NCBI GenBank assembly: GCA_964016885.1
Contig: OZ024752.1
Span: forward strand, 23,312,001-23,376,000
Direction of reading: 5' to 3'
Source: Eledone cirrhosa
Lineage: Eukaryota
Length of the DNA: 64,000 nt
Below are positions 12,801-27,900 of the stretch, piece by piece. The translations under genes and the position numbers were made by a program. The notes below the pieces were generated by a model. The model searched no databases. It worked only from the letters and a program-made list of their open reading frames with translations, and had not been told where the DNA came from. The first letter of the stretch is position 1; each line of letters begins with the position of its first letter.

Positions 12801-15800
12801 TGTCATTCTATCTGACGTTCTAACGACTGTCATTCTATCTGACGTTCTAGCGATTGTCATCCTATCTGACGTTCTAACGACTGTCATTCTATCTGACGTT
12901 CTAACGACTGTCATTCTATCTGACGTCCTAGCGACTGTCATTCTATCTAACCTTCTAGCGACTGTCATTCTATCTGACGTTCTAACGACTGTCATTCTAT
13001 CTGACGTTCTAACAACTGTCATTCTATCTGACGTTCTAATGACTGTCATTCTATCTGACATTCTAGTGACTGTCATTCTATCTGACGTTCTAACCACTGT
13101 CATTCTATCTGAGTTCTAACGACTGCCATTCTACCTGACGTTCTAGCGACTTTCATTCTATGTGACGTTCTAACAACTGTCATTCTATCTGACGTTCTAA
13201 CGATTGTCATTCTATCTGACGTTCTAACCACTGTCATTCTATCTGAGTTCTAACGACTGTCATTCTATCTGACGTTCTAGTGACTGTCATTCTATCTGAC
13301 GTTCTAACGACTGTCGTTCTATCTGACGTTCAAGCGACTCTCATTCTATTTCACGTTCTAAAGACTGTCATTCTATCTGAAATTCTAGCGACTGTCATTC
13401 TATCTGACGTTCTAACAACCGTCATTCTATCTGACGTTCTAATGACTGTCGTTCTATATGACATTCTAGCAACTGTCATTCTATCTAACGTTCTAACCAC
13501 TGTCATTCTATCTGATGTTCTAGCGACTGTCATTCCATCTGACGTTCTAACGACTGTCATTCTATCTGCCGTTCTAACGACTGTCATTCTATCTGATGTT
13601 CTAACGACTGTCATTCTATTTGACGTTCTAACAACTGTCATTCTATCTGACGTTCTAACCACTGTCATTCTATCTGATGTTCTAACGACTGTCATTCTAT
13701 CTTACGTTCTAACAACTGTCATTCTATCTGACGTTCTAACGACTGTCATTCTATCTGATTTTCTAACGACTGTCATTCTATCTGACGTTCTAGCGACTGT
13801 CATTCTATCTGAGTCCTAATGACTGTCATTCTATCTGACGTTCTAACCACTGTCAATCTATCTGACGTCCTAGCGACTGTCATTCTATCTGATGTTCTAA
13901 CCACTGTCATTCTATCTGACGTTCTAGCGATTGTCATCCTATCTGACATTCTAACGACTGTCATTCTATCTGACGTTCTAACGACTGTCATTCTATCTGA
14001 CGTTCAAGCGACTGTCATTCTATTTCACGTTCTAAGGACTGTCATTCTATCTGAAATTCTAGCGACTGTCATTCTGTCTGACGTTCTAACAACCGTCATT
14101 CTATCTGACGTTCTAATGACTGTCATTCTATATGACATTCTAGCAACTGTCATTCTATCTAACGTTCTAACCACTGTCATTCTATCTGATGTTCTAGCGA
14201 CTGTCATTCCATCTGACGTTCTAACGACTGTCATTCTATCTGCCGTTCTAACGACTGTCATTCTATCTGATGTTCTAACGACTGTCATTCTATCTGACGT
14301 TCTAACAACTGTCATTCTATCTGACGTTCTAACCACTGTCATTCTATCTGATGTTCTAACGACTGTCATTCTATCTTACGTTCTAACAACTGTCATTCTA
14401 TCTGACGTTCTAACGACTGTCATTCTATCTGATTTTTTAACGACTGTCATTCTACCTGACGTTCTAACGATTGGCATTATATCTGACGTTCTAACCACTG
14501 TCATTCTATCTGACGTTCTAGCGACTATTATTCCATCTGACGTTCTAACGACTCTCATTCTATCTGACGTCCTAGCGACTGTCATTCTATCTGACGTTCT
14601 AACGACTGTCATTTTATCTGACGTTCTAACGACTGTCATTCTATCTGACTTTCTAACAACTGTCATTCTATCTGAAGTTCTAACGACTGTCATTCTATCT
14701 GACGTTCAAGCGACTGTCATTCTATTTCACGTTATAAAGACTGTCATTCTATCTGACATTCTAGCGATTGTCATTCTATCTGAAGTTCTAACAACTGTCA
14801 TTCTATCTGACGTTCTAATGACTGTCATTCTATCTGACATTATTTCTAACGTTCTAACAACTGTCATTATATCTGACGTTCTAGCGACTGTCATTCTATC
14901 TGACGTTCTAACGACTGTCATTCTGTCTGACGTTCTAACAACTGTCATTCTATCTAACGTTCTAACGACTGTCATTATATCTGACGTTCTAGCGACTGTC
15001 ATTCTATCTGACATTCTAACCACTGTCATTCTATCTGACGTTCTAGCAAATGTCATGCTACGTGACCCTCTAGCGACTGTCATTCTATCTGACGTTCTAA
15101 CCACTGTCATTCTATCTGACGTTCTAGCGACAGTCATTCTATCTAAAATTCTAACGACTGTCATTTTATCTGATGTGCTAACGATGCCATTCTATCTGAC
15201 GTTCTAGCGACTGTAACTTTATCTGACGTGCTAACGACTGCCATTCTACCTGACGTTCTAGCGACTTTCATTCTATGTGACGTTCTAACGACTGTCCTTC
15301 TATCTGACGTTCTAACGATTGTCATTCTATCTGACCTTCTAACCACTATCATTCTATCTGAGTTCTAACGACTGTCATTCTATCTGACGTCCTAGCGACT
15401 GTCATTCTATCTGACGTTCTAACCAATGTCATTCTATCTGACGTTCTAGCGATTGTCATTTTCTCTGACGTTCTAGTGACTGTCATTCTATCTGACGTTC
15501 TAACGACTGTCATTCTATCTGACGTTCAAGCGACTGTCATTCTATTTCACGTTCTAAGGACTGTCATTCTATCTGAAATTCTAGCGACTGTCATTCTATC
15601 TGACGTTCTAACAACCGTCATTCTATCTAACGTTCTAATGACTGTCATTCTATATGACATTCTAGCAACTGTCATTCTATCTAACGTTCTAACCACTGTC
15701 ATTCTATCTGATGTTCTAGCGACTGTCATTCCATCTGACGTTCTAACGACTGTTATTCTATCTGCCGTTCTAACGACTGTCATTCTATCTGATGTTCTAA

Positions 15801-18800
15801 CGACGGTCATTCTATCTTACGTTCTAACCACTGTCATTCTATCTGACGTTCTAATCACTGTCATTCTATCTGATGTTCTAACGACTGTCATTCTATCTTA
15901 CGTTCTAACAACTGTCATTCTATCTGACGTTCTAACGACTGTCATTCTATCTGATTTTCTAACGACTGTCATTCTATCTGACGTTCAGGCGACTGTCATT
16001 CTATCTGAGTTCTAATGACTGTCATTCTATCTGACGTTCTAACCACTGTCAATCTATCTGACGTCCTAGCGACTGTCATTCTATCTGACGTTCTAACCAC
16101 TGTCATTCTATCTGACGTTCTAGCGATTGTCATCCTATCTGACTTTCTAACGACTGTCATTCTATCTGACGTTCTAACGACTGTCATTCTATCTGACGTT
16201 CTAGCGATTGTCATCCTATCTGACGTTCTAACGACTGTCATTCTATCTGACGTTCTAACGACTGTCATTCTATCTGACGTCCTAGCGACTGTCATTCTAT
16301 CTAACCTTCTAGCGACTGTCATTCTCTCTGACGTTCTAACGACTGTCATTCTATCTGACGTTCTAACAACTGTCATTCTATCTGACGTTGTAATGACTGT
16401 CATTCTATCTGACATTCTATCAACTCTCATTCTATCTAACGTTCTAACAACTGTCATTCTATCTGACGTTCTAGCGACTGTCATTCTATCTGACGTTCTA
16501 ACGACTGTCATTCTAACTGACATTCTAGCAACTGTCATTCTATCTAACGTTCTAACAACTGTCATTTTCTCTGACGTTCTAGTGACTGTCATTCTATCTG
16601 ACGTTCTAACGACTGTCATTCTATCTGACGTTCAAGCGACTGTCATTCTATTTCACGTTCTAAGGACTGTCATTCTATCTGAAATTCTAGCGACTGTCAT
16701 TCTATCTGACGTTCTAACAACCGTCATTCTATCTAACGTTCTAATGACTGTCATTCTATATGACATTCTAGCAACTGTCATTCTATCTAACGTTCTAACA
16801 ACTGTCATTCTATCTGACGTTCTAACGATTGTCATTCTATCTGACGTTCTAACCACTGTCATTCTATCTGACGTTCTAGCGACTATCATTCCATCTGACG
16901 TTCTAACGACTCTCATTCTATCTGACGTCCTAGCGACTGTCATTCTATCTGACGTTCTAACGACTGTCATTTTATCTGACGTTCTAACGACTGTCATTCT
17001 ATCTGACGTTCTAACAACTGTCATTCTATTTGACGTTCTAACGACTGTCATTCTATCTGACGTTCAAGCGACTGTCATTCTATTTCACGTTATAAAGACT
17101 GTCATTCTATCTGACATTCTAGCGATTGTCATTCTATCTGACGTTCTAACAACTGTCATTCTATCTAACGTTCTATTACTGTCATTCTATCTGACATTCT
17201 ATCTAACGTTCTAACAACTGTCATTCTATCTGACGTTCTAGCGACTGTCATTCTATCTGACATTCTAACGACTGTCATTCTATCTGACGTTCTAACAACT
17301 GTCATTCTATCTAACGTTCTAACGACTGTCATTATTTCTGACGTTCTAGCGACTGTCATTCTATCTGACATTCTAACCACTGTCATTCTATCTGACGTTC
17401 TAGCAACTGTCATTCTACGTGACGCTCTAGCGACTGTCATTCTATCTGACGTTCTAACCACTGTCATTCTATCTGACGGTCTAGGGACAGTCATTCTATC
17501 TGAAGTTCTAACGACTGTCATTTTATTTGATGTGCTAACTATGCCATTCTATCTCACGTTCTAGCGACTGTAACTTTATCTGACGTGCTAACGACTGCCA
17601 TTCTACCTGATGTTCTAGCGACTGTCATTCTATGTGACGTTCTAACAACTGTCATTCTATCTGACGTTCTAACTATTGTCATTCTATCTGACGTTCTAAC
17701 CACTGTTATTCTATCTGAGTTCTAACAACTGTCATTCTATCTGACGTCCTAGCGACTGTCATTCTATCTGACGTTCTAACCACAATCATTCTATCTGACG
17801 TTCTAGCGACTGTCATTTTCTCTGACGTTCTAGTGACTGTCATTCTATCTGACGTTCTAACGACTGTCATTCAATCTGACGTTCAAGCGACTGTTATACT
17901 ATTTCACGGTCTAAAGACTGTCATTCTATCTGACATTCTAGCGACTGTCATTCTATCTGACGTTCTAACAACTGTCATTCTATCTGACGTTCTAATGACT
18001 GTCATTCTATCTGACATTCTAGCAACTGTCATTCTATCTAACGTTCTAACCACTGTCATTCTATCTGATGTTCTAGCGACTGTCATTCCATCTGACCTTC
18101 TAACGACTGTCATTCTATCTGGCGTTCTAACGACTGTAATTCAATCTGACGTTCTAATAACTGTCATTCTATCTAACGTTCTAACGACTGTCATTATATC
18201 TGACGTTCTATCTGACATTCTAACGACTGTCATTCTATCTGACGTTCTAGCGACTGTCATTCTACCTGACGTTCTAGGGACTGTCATCCTATCTTAAGTT
18301 CTAACGACTGTCATTTTATCTGATGTGCTAACGATGCCATTCTATCTGACATTCTAGCGACTGTAACTTTATCTGACGTGCTAACGACTGCCATTCTACC
18401 TGACGTTCTAGCGACTGTCATTCTATTTGACGTTCTAACGACTGTCATTCTATGTGTCGTTCTAACCACTGTCATTCTATCTGACGTTCTAGCGACTGTC
18501 ATTCTATTTGATGTTCTAACGACTGTCATTCTATCTGCCGTTCTAACGACCGTCGTTCTATCTGACGTTCTAATGACTGTCATTTTATCTGATGTGCTAA
18601 CGATGCCATTCTATCTGACGTTCTAACGACTGTCATTCTATCTGACGTTCTAATGACTGTCATTTTATCTGACATTCTAGCAACTGTCAATCTATCTAAC
18701 GTTCTAACAACTGTCATTCTATCTGATGTTCTAGCGACTGTCATTCAATCTGACGTTCTAACGACTGTCATTCTATCTGACGTTCTAATAACTGTCATTC

Positions 18801-21800
18801 TATCTAACGTTCTAGCGACTGTCATTCTATTTGATGTTCTAACGACTGTCATTCTATCTGCCGTTCTAACGACTGTCGTTCTATCTGACGTTCTAGCGAC
18901 TGTCATTCTATTTGACGTTCTAACGACTGCCATTCTATCTGACGTTCTAACCAGTCATTCTATCTGACGTTCTAGTGACTGTCATTCCATAAAACGTTCT
19001 AGGGACTGTAATTCTATTTGACGTTCTAACGACTGTCATTCTATCTGTCGTTCTAACCACTGTCATTCTATCTGACGTTCTAGCGACTGTCATTCTATTT
19101 GACATTCTAGCAACTGTCAATCTATCTAACGTTCTAACAACTGTCATTCTATCTGACGTTCTAGCGACTGTCATTCAATCTGACATTCTAACGACTGTCA
19201 TTCTATCTGACGTTCTAATAACTGTCATTCTATCTAACGTTCTAGCGACTGTCATTCTATTTGATGTTCTAACGACTGTCATTCTATCTGCCGTTCTAAC
19301 GACTGTCGTTCTATCTGACGTTCTAGCGACTGTCATTCTATTTGACGTTCTAACGACTGCCATTCTATCTGACGTTCTAACCAGTCATTCTATCTGACGT
19401 TCTAGCTACTGTCATTCCATAAAACGTTCTAGCGACTGTCATTCTATCTGCCGTTCTAGAGACTGTTATTCTATCTGAATTTCTAACGACTGTCATTCTA
19501 CCTGACGTTCTAGCGACTGTAACTTTATCTGACGTGCTAACGACTGCCATTCTCACCTGACGTTCTAACAACTGTCATTCTATCTGACGTTCTAACAATT
19601 GTCATTCTATCTGACGTTCTAACCACTGTCATTCTATCTGACGTTCTAGCGACTATCATTCCATCTGATGTTCTAACGACTCTCATTCTATCTGACGTCC
19701 TAGCGACTGTCATTCTATCTGACGTTCTAACAACTGTCATTTTATCTGACGTTCTAACGACTGTCATTCTATCTGACGTTCTAACAACTGTCATTCTATC
19801 TGACGTTCAAGCGACTGTCATTCTATTTCACGTTATATAGACTGTCAATCTATCTGACATTCTAACGACTGTAATTCTATCTGACGTTCTAACGACTGTC
19901 ATTCTATCTGACATTCTAACAACTGTCATTCTATCTAACATTCTAACGTCTGTCATTATATCTGACGTTCTAGCGACTGTCATTCTATCTGACGTTCTAA
20001 CGACTGTCATTCTATCTGACGTTCTGGCGACTGTCATTCTACCTCACGTTCTAGCGACTATTCATTCTATCTGAAGTACTAACGACCGTCATTTTATCTG
20101 ATGTGCTAACGATGCCATTCTATCTGACGTTCTAGCGACTGTAACTTTATCTGACGTGCTAACGACTGCCATTCTACCTGACGTTCTAGCGACTGTCATT
20201 CTATGTGAGGTTCTAACAACTGTCATTCTATCTGACGTTCTAACGATTGTCATTCTATCTGACGTTCTAACCACTGTCATTCTATCTGACGTTCTAGCGA
20301 CTGTCATTCCATAAAACGTTCTAGCGACTGTCATTCTATCTCACGTTCTAGAGACTGTTATTCTATCTGAATTTCTAACGACTGTCATTCTACCTGACGT
20401 TCTAGCGACTGTAACTTTATCTGACGTGCCATTCTACCTGACGTTCTAACAACTGTCATTCTATCTGACGTTCTAACGATTGTCATTCTATCTGACGTTC
20501 TAACGACTCTCATTCTATCTGACGTCCTAGCGACTGTCATTCTATCTGACGTTCTAACGACTGTCATTTTATCTGACGTTCTAACGACTGTCATTCTATC
20601 TGACGTTCTAACGACTGTCATTCTATCTGACGTTCAAGCGACTGTCATTCTATTTCACGTTATAAAGACTGTCATTCTAACTGACATTCTAGCGATTGTC
20701 ATTCTATCTGACGTTCTAACAACTGTCATTCTATCTGACGTTCTAATGACTGTCATTCTATCTGACATTCTATCTAACGTTCTAACAACTGTCATTCTCT
20801 CTGACGTTCTAGCGACTGTCATTCTATCTGACATTCTAACGACTGTCATTCTATTTGACGTTCTAACAACTGTCATTCTATCTAACGTTCTAACGACTGT
20901 CATTATTTCTGACGTTCTAGCGACTGTCATTCTATCTGACATTCTAACCACTGTCATTCCATCTGACGTTCTAGCAACTGTTATTCTACGTGACGCTCTA
21001 GCGACTGTCATTCTATCGGACGTTCTAGCGACAGTCATTCTATCTGAAGTTCTAACGACTGTCATTTTATCTGATGTGCTAACGATGCCATTCTATCTCA
21101 CGTTCTAGCGACTGTAACTTTATATGACGTGCTAACGACTGCCATTCTACCTGATGTTCTAGCGACTGTCATTCTATGAGACGTTCTAACAACTGTCATT
21201 CTATCTGACGTTCTAACGATTGTCATTCTATCTGACGTTCTAACCACTGTCATTCTATCTGAGTTCTAACGACTGTCATTCTAACTGACGTCCTAGCGAC
21301 TGTCATTCTATCTGACGTTCTAACGACAGTCATTCTATCTGACGTTCTAGCGACTGTCATTTTCTCTGACGTTCTAGTGACTGTCATTCTATCTGACGTT
21401 CTAACGACTGTCATTCTATCTGACGTTCAAGCGACTGTCATTCTATTTCACGGTCTAAAGACTGTCATTCTATCTGATGTTCTAGTGACTGTCATTCCAT
21501 CTGACGTTCTAACGACTGTCATTCTATCTGCCGTTCTAACGACTGTCATTCTATCTGATGTTCCAACGACTGTCATTCTATATGACGTCATAGCGACTGT
21601 CATTCTATCTGACGTTCTACCCACTGTCTTTCTATCTGAAGTTCTAGCGACTGTCATTTTCTCTGACGTTCCAGCGACTGTCATTCTATCTGATGTTCTA
21701 ATGACTGTCATTCTATCTGACGTTCTAGCGACTGTCATTCTATCTGACGTTCTAACCACTGTAATTCTATCTGACATTCTACCGACTGTAATTCTATCTG

Positions 21801-21999
21801 ACGTTCTAACGACTGTCATTCTATCTGACGTTCTAACAACTGTCATTCTATCTAACGTTCTAACGACTGTCATTATATCTGACGTTCTAGCGACTGTCAT
21901 TCTATCTGACATTCTAACGACTGTCATTCTATCTGACGTTCTAGCGACTGTCAATCTATCTAACGTTCTAACAACTGTCATTCTATCTGACGTTCTAGC

Positions 22000-24900
22000 G
22001 ACTGTCATTCAATCTGACGTTCTAACGACTGTCATTCTATCTGACGTTCTAATAACTGTCATTCTATCGAACGTTCTAACGACTGTCATTCTATTTGATG
22101 TTCTAGCAACTGTCATTCTACCTGACGTTCTAGCGACTGTCATTCTATCTGAAGTTCTAACGACTGTCATTTTATCTGATGTGCTAACGATGCCATTCAA
22201 TCTGACGTTCTAGCGACTGTAACTTTATCTGACGTGCTAACGACTGCCATTCTACCTGACGTTCTTACAACTGTCATTCTATCTGACGTTCTAACGATTG
22301 TCATTCTATCTGACGTTCTAACCATTGTCATTCTATCTGACGTTCTAGCGACTGTCATTCTATCTGACATTCTAACGACTGTCATTCTATCTGACGTTCT
22401 AGCGACTGTCATTCTACCTGACGTTCTAGGGACTGTCATTATATCTGACGTTCTAACGACTGTCATTTTATCTGATGTGCTAACGATGCCATTCTATCTG
22501 ACGTTCTAGCGACTGCATCTTTATCTGACGTGCTAACGACTGCCATTCTACCTGACGTTCTAGCGACTGTCATTCTATTTGACGTTCTAACGACTGTCAT
22601 TCTATCTGTCGTTCTAACCACTGTCATTCTATCTGACGTTCTAGCGACTGTCATTCTATCTGCCGTTCTAACGACTGTCGTTCTATCTGAAGTTCTAACG
22701 ACTGTCATTTTATCTGATGTGCTAACGATGCCATTCTATCTGACGTTCTAACGACTGTCATTCTATCTGACGTTCTAATGACTGTCATTCTATCTGACAT
22801 TCTAGCAACTGTCAATCTATCTAACGTTCTAACAACTGTCATTCTATTTGATGTTCTAACGACTGTCATTCTATCTGCCGTTCTAACGACTGTCGTTCTA
22901 TCTGACGTTCTAGCGACTGTCATTCTATTTGACGTTCTGACGACTGCCATTCTATCTGAGGTTCTAACCAGTCATTCTATCTGACGTTCTAGCGACTGTC
23001 ATTCCATAAAACGTTCTAGCGACTGTCATTCTATCTGCCGTTCTAGAGACTGTTATTCTATCTGAATTTCTAACGACTGTCATTCTATCTGACGTTCTAA
23101 CGTCTGTCATTTGATATGATGTTCTAACGATTCTCATTCTATCTGACGTTCTAGCGACTGTTATTCCATCTGACGTTCTAACGACTGTCATTCTATCTGC
23201 CGTTTTAGAGACTGTCATTCTATCTTACGTTCTAACAACTGTCATTCTATCTGACGTTCTAACGACTGTCATTCTCTCTGATGTTCTAACGACTGTCATT
23301 CTATCTGACGTTCTAGCGACTGTCATTCTATCTTAGTTCTAATGACTGTCATTCTATCTGACGTTCTAACGACTGTCATTCTATCTCACGTTCTAGCGAT
23401 TGTCATCCTATCTGACGTTCTAACGACTGTCATTCTATCTGACGTTCTAATGACTGTCATTCTATCTGACGTTCTAACGAGTGTCATTCTATCTGACGTT
23501 CTAGCGATTGTCATCCTATCTGACGTTCTAACGACTGTCATTCTATCTGACGTTCTAATGATTGTCATTCTATCTGACATTCTAGCGACTGTCATACTAT
23601 CTAACGTTCTAACCACTGTCATTCTATCAGACATTCTAGCGATTGTCATCCTATCTGACGTTCTAACGACTGTTATTCTATCTGACCTTCTAACGAATGT
23701 CATTCTATCTGAGGTCCTAGCGACTGTCATTCTATCTGACGTTCTAACGACTGTCATTTTATCTGACGTTCTAACGACTGTCATTCTATCTGACGTTCTA
23801 GCGACTGTCGTTCAATCTGACGTTCTAGCGACTGTCATTCTATCTGACGTTCTAACAACTGTAATTCTATCTGACGTTCTAACGACTGTAATTCTATCTG
23901 ACGTTCTAGCGACTGTCATTTTCTCTGACGTTCTAGTGACTGTCATTCTATCTGACGTTCTAACGACTGTCATTCTATCTGACGTTCAAGCGACTGTCAT
24001 TCTATTTCACGGTCTAAAGACTGTCATTCTATCTGATGTTCTAGTGACTGTCATTCCATCTGACGTTCTAACGACTGTCATTCTATCTGCCGTTCTAACG
24101 ACTGTCATTCTATCTGATGTTCTAACGACTGTCATTCTATCTGACGTTCTAACAACTGTCATTCTATCTGACGTTCTAACCACTGTCATTCTATCTGATG
24201 TTCTAACGACTGTCATTCTATCTTACGTTCTAACAACTGTCATTCTATCTGACGTTCTAACCACTGTCATTCTATCTTATTTTCTAACGACTGTCATTCT
24301 ATCTGACGTTCTAGCGACTGTCATTCTATCTGAGTTCTAATGACTGTCATTCTATCTGACGTCCTACCGACTGTCATTCTATCTGACGTTCTAACCACTG
24401 TCATTCTATCTGACGTTCTAGCAACTGTCATTCTATCTTAGTTCTAATGACTGTCATTCTATCTGACGTCCTAGCGACTGTCATTCTATCTGACGTTCTA
24501 ACCACTGTCATTCTATCTGACGTTCTAGCGACTGTCATTCTATCTGAGTTCTAATGACTGTCATTCTATCTGACATTCTAGCAACTGTCAATCTATCTAA
24601 CGTTCTAACAACGGTCATTCTATCTGACGTTCTAACGTCTGTCATTCAATCTGACGTTCTAACGACTGTCATTCTATCTGACGTTCTAATAACTGTCATT
24701 CTATCTAACGTTCTAACGACTGTCATTCTATTTGATGTTCTAGCAACTGTCATTCTACCTGACGTTCTAGCGACTGTCATTCTATCTGAAGTTCTAACGA
24801 CTGTCATTTTATCTGATGTGCTAACGATGCCATTTAATCTGACGTTCTAGCGACTGTAACTTTATCTGACGTGCTAACGACTGCCATTCTACCTGACGTT

Positions 24901-27900
24901 CTTACAACTGTCATTCTATCTGACGTTCTAACGATTGTCATTCTATCTGACGTTCTAACCATTGTCATTCTATCTGACGTTCTAGCGACTGTCATTCTAT
25001 CTGACATTCTAACGACTGTCATTCTATCTGACGTTCTAGCGACTGTCATTCTACCTGACGTTCTAGGGACTGTCATTCTATCTTAAGTTCGAACGACTGT
25101 CATTTTATCTGATGTGCTAACGATGCCATTCTACCTGACGTTCTAGCGACTGTCATTCTATTTGACGTTCTAACGACTGTCATTCTATCTGTCGTTCTAA
25201 CCACTGTCATTCTATCTGACGTTCTAGCGACTGTCATTCTATCTGCCGTTCTAACGACTGTCGTTCTATCTGAAGTTCTAACGACTGTCATTTTATCTAA
25301 TGTGCTAACGATGCCATTCTATCTGACGTTCTAACGACTGTCATTCTATCTGACGTTCTAATGACTGTCATTCTATCTGACATTCTAGCAACTGTCAATC
25401 TATCTAACGTTCTAACAACTGTCATTCTATTTGATGTTCTAACGACTGTCATTCTATCTGCCGTTCTAACGACTGTCGTTCTATCTGACGTTCTAGCGAC
25501 TGTCATTCTATTTGACGTTCTGACGACTGCCATTCTATCTGAGGTTCTAACCAGTCATTCTATCTGACGTTCTAGCGACTGTCATTCCATAAAACGTTCT
25601 AGCGACTGTCATTCTATCTGCCGTTCTAGAGACTGTTATTCTATCTGAATTTCTAACGACTGTCATTCTATCTGACGTTCTAACGTCTGTCATTTGATAT
25701 GATGTTCTAACGATTCTCATTCTATCTGACGTTCTAGCGACTGTTATTCCATCTGACGTTCTAACGACTGTCATTCTATCTGCCCTTTTAGAGACTGTCA
25801 TTCTATCTTACGTTCTAACAACTGTCATTCTATCTGACGTTCTAACGACTGTCATTCTCTCTGATGTTCTAACGACTGTCATTCTATCTGACGTTCTAGC
25901 GACTGTCATTCTATCTTAGTTCTAATGACTGTCATTCTATCTGACGTTCTAACGACTGTCATTCTATCTGACGTTCTAGCGATTGTCATCCTATCTGACG
26001 TTCTAACGACTGTCATTCTATCTGACGTTCTAATGACTGTCATTCTATCTGACGTTCTAACGAGTGTCATTCTATCTGACGTTCTAGCGATTGTCATCCT
26101 ATCTGACGTTCTAACGACTGTCATTCTATCTGACGTTCTAATGATTGTCATTCTATCTGACATTCTAGCGACTGTCATACTATCTAACGTTCTAACCACT
26201 GTCATTCTATCAGACATTCTAGCGATTGTCATCCTATCTGACGTTCTAACGACTGTTATTCTATCTGACCTTCTAACGAATGTCATTCTATCTGAGGTCC
26301 TAGCGACTGTCATTCTATCTGACGTTCTAACGACTGTCATTTTATCTGACGTTCTAACGACTGTCATTCTATCTGACGTTCTAGCGACTGTCGTTCAATC
26401 TGACGTTCTAGCGACTGTCATTCTATCTGACGTTCTAACAACTGTATTTCTATCTGACGTTCTAACGACTGTAATTCTATCTGACGTTCTAGCGACTGTC
26501 ATTTTCTCTGACGTTCTAGTGACTGTCATTCTATCTGACGTTCTAACGACTGTCATTCTATCTGACGTTCAAGCGACTGTCATTCTATTTCACGGTCTAA
26601 AGACTGTCATTCTATCTGATGTTCTAGTGACTGTCATTCCATCTGACGTTCTAACGACTGTCATTCTATCTGCCGTTCTAACGACTGTCATTCTATCTGA
26701 TGTTCTAACGACTGTCATTCTATCTGACGTTCTAACAACTGTCATTCTATCTGACGTTCTAACCACTGTCATTCTATCTGATGTTCTAACGACTGTCATT
26801 CTATCTTACGTTCTAACAACTGTCATTCTATCTGACGTTCTAACCACTGTCATTCTATCTTATTTTCTAACGACTGTCATTCTATCTGACGTTCTAGCGA
26901 CTGTCATTCTATCTGAGTTCTAATGACTGTCATTCTATCTGACGTCCTACCGACTGTCATTCTATCTGACGTTCTAACCACTGTCATTCTATCTGACGTT
27001 CTAGCGACTGTCATTCTATCTGAGTTCTAATGACTGTCATTCTATCTAACGTTCTAACGACTGTCATTTTATTTGATGTTCTAGCAACTGTCATTCTACC
27101 TGACGTTCTAGCGACTGTCATTCTATCTGAAGTTCTAACGACTGTCATTTTATCTGATGTGCTAACGATGCCATTTAATCTGACGTTCTAGCGACTGTAA
27201 CTTTATCTGACGTGCTAACGACTGCCATTCTACCTGACGTTCTTACAACTGTCATTCTATCTGACGTTCTAACGATTGTCATTCTATCTGACGTTCTAAC
27301 CATTGTCATTCTATCTGACGTTCTAGCGACTGTCATTCTATCTGACATTCTAACGACTGTCATTCTATCTGACGTTCTAGCGACTGTCATTCTACCTGAC
27401 GTTCTAGGGACTGTCATTCTATCTTAAGTTCGAACGACTGTCATTTTATCTGATGTGCTAACGATGCCATTCTATCTGACGTTCTAGCGACTGTATCTTT
27501 ATCTGACGTGCTAACGACTGCCATTCTACCTGACGTTCTAGCGACTGTCATTCTATTTGACGTTCTAACGACTGTCATTCTATCTGTCGTTCTAACCACT
27601 GTCATTCTATCTGACGTTCTAGCGACTGTCATTCTATTTGATGTTCTAACGACTGTCATTCTATCTGCCGTTCTAACGACTGTCGTTCTATCTGAAGTTC
27701 TAACGACTGTCATTTTATCTGATGTGCTAACGATGCCATTCTATCTGACGTTCTAACGACTGTCATTCTATCTGACGTTCTAATGACTGTCATTCTATCT
27801 GACATTCTAGCAACTGTGAATCTATCTAACGTTCTAACAACTGTCATTCTATTTGATGTTCTAACGACTGTCATTCTATCTGCCGTTCTAACGACTGTCA

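Noticed and set aside
19453-19463. Heat-shock element from the repeated nTTCn (gTTCtaGAga)
   Set aside because: An HSE needs alternating inverted nGAAn units. All TTC units here face one way with 12/15-bp spacing, and the variant gives only an imperfect pair.
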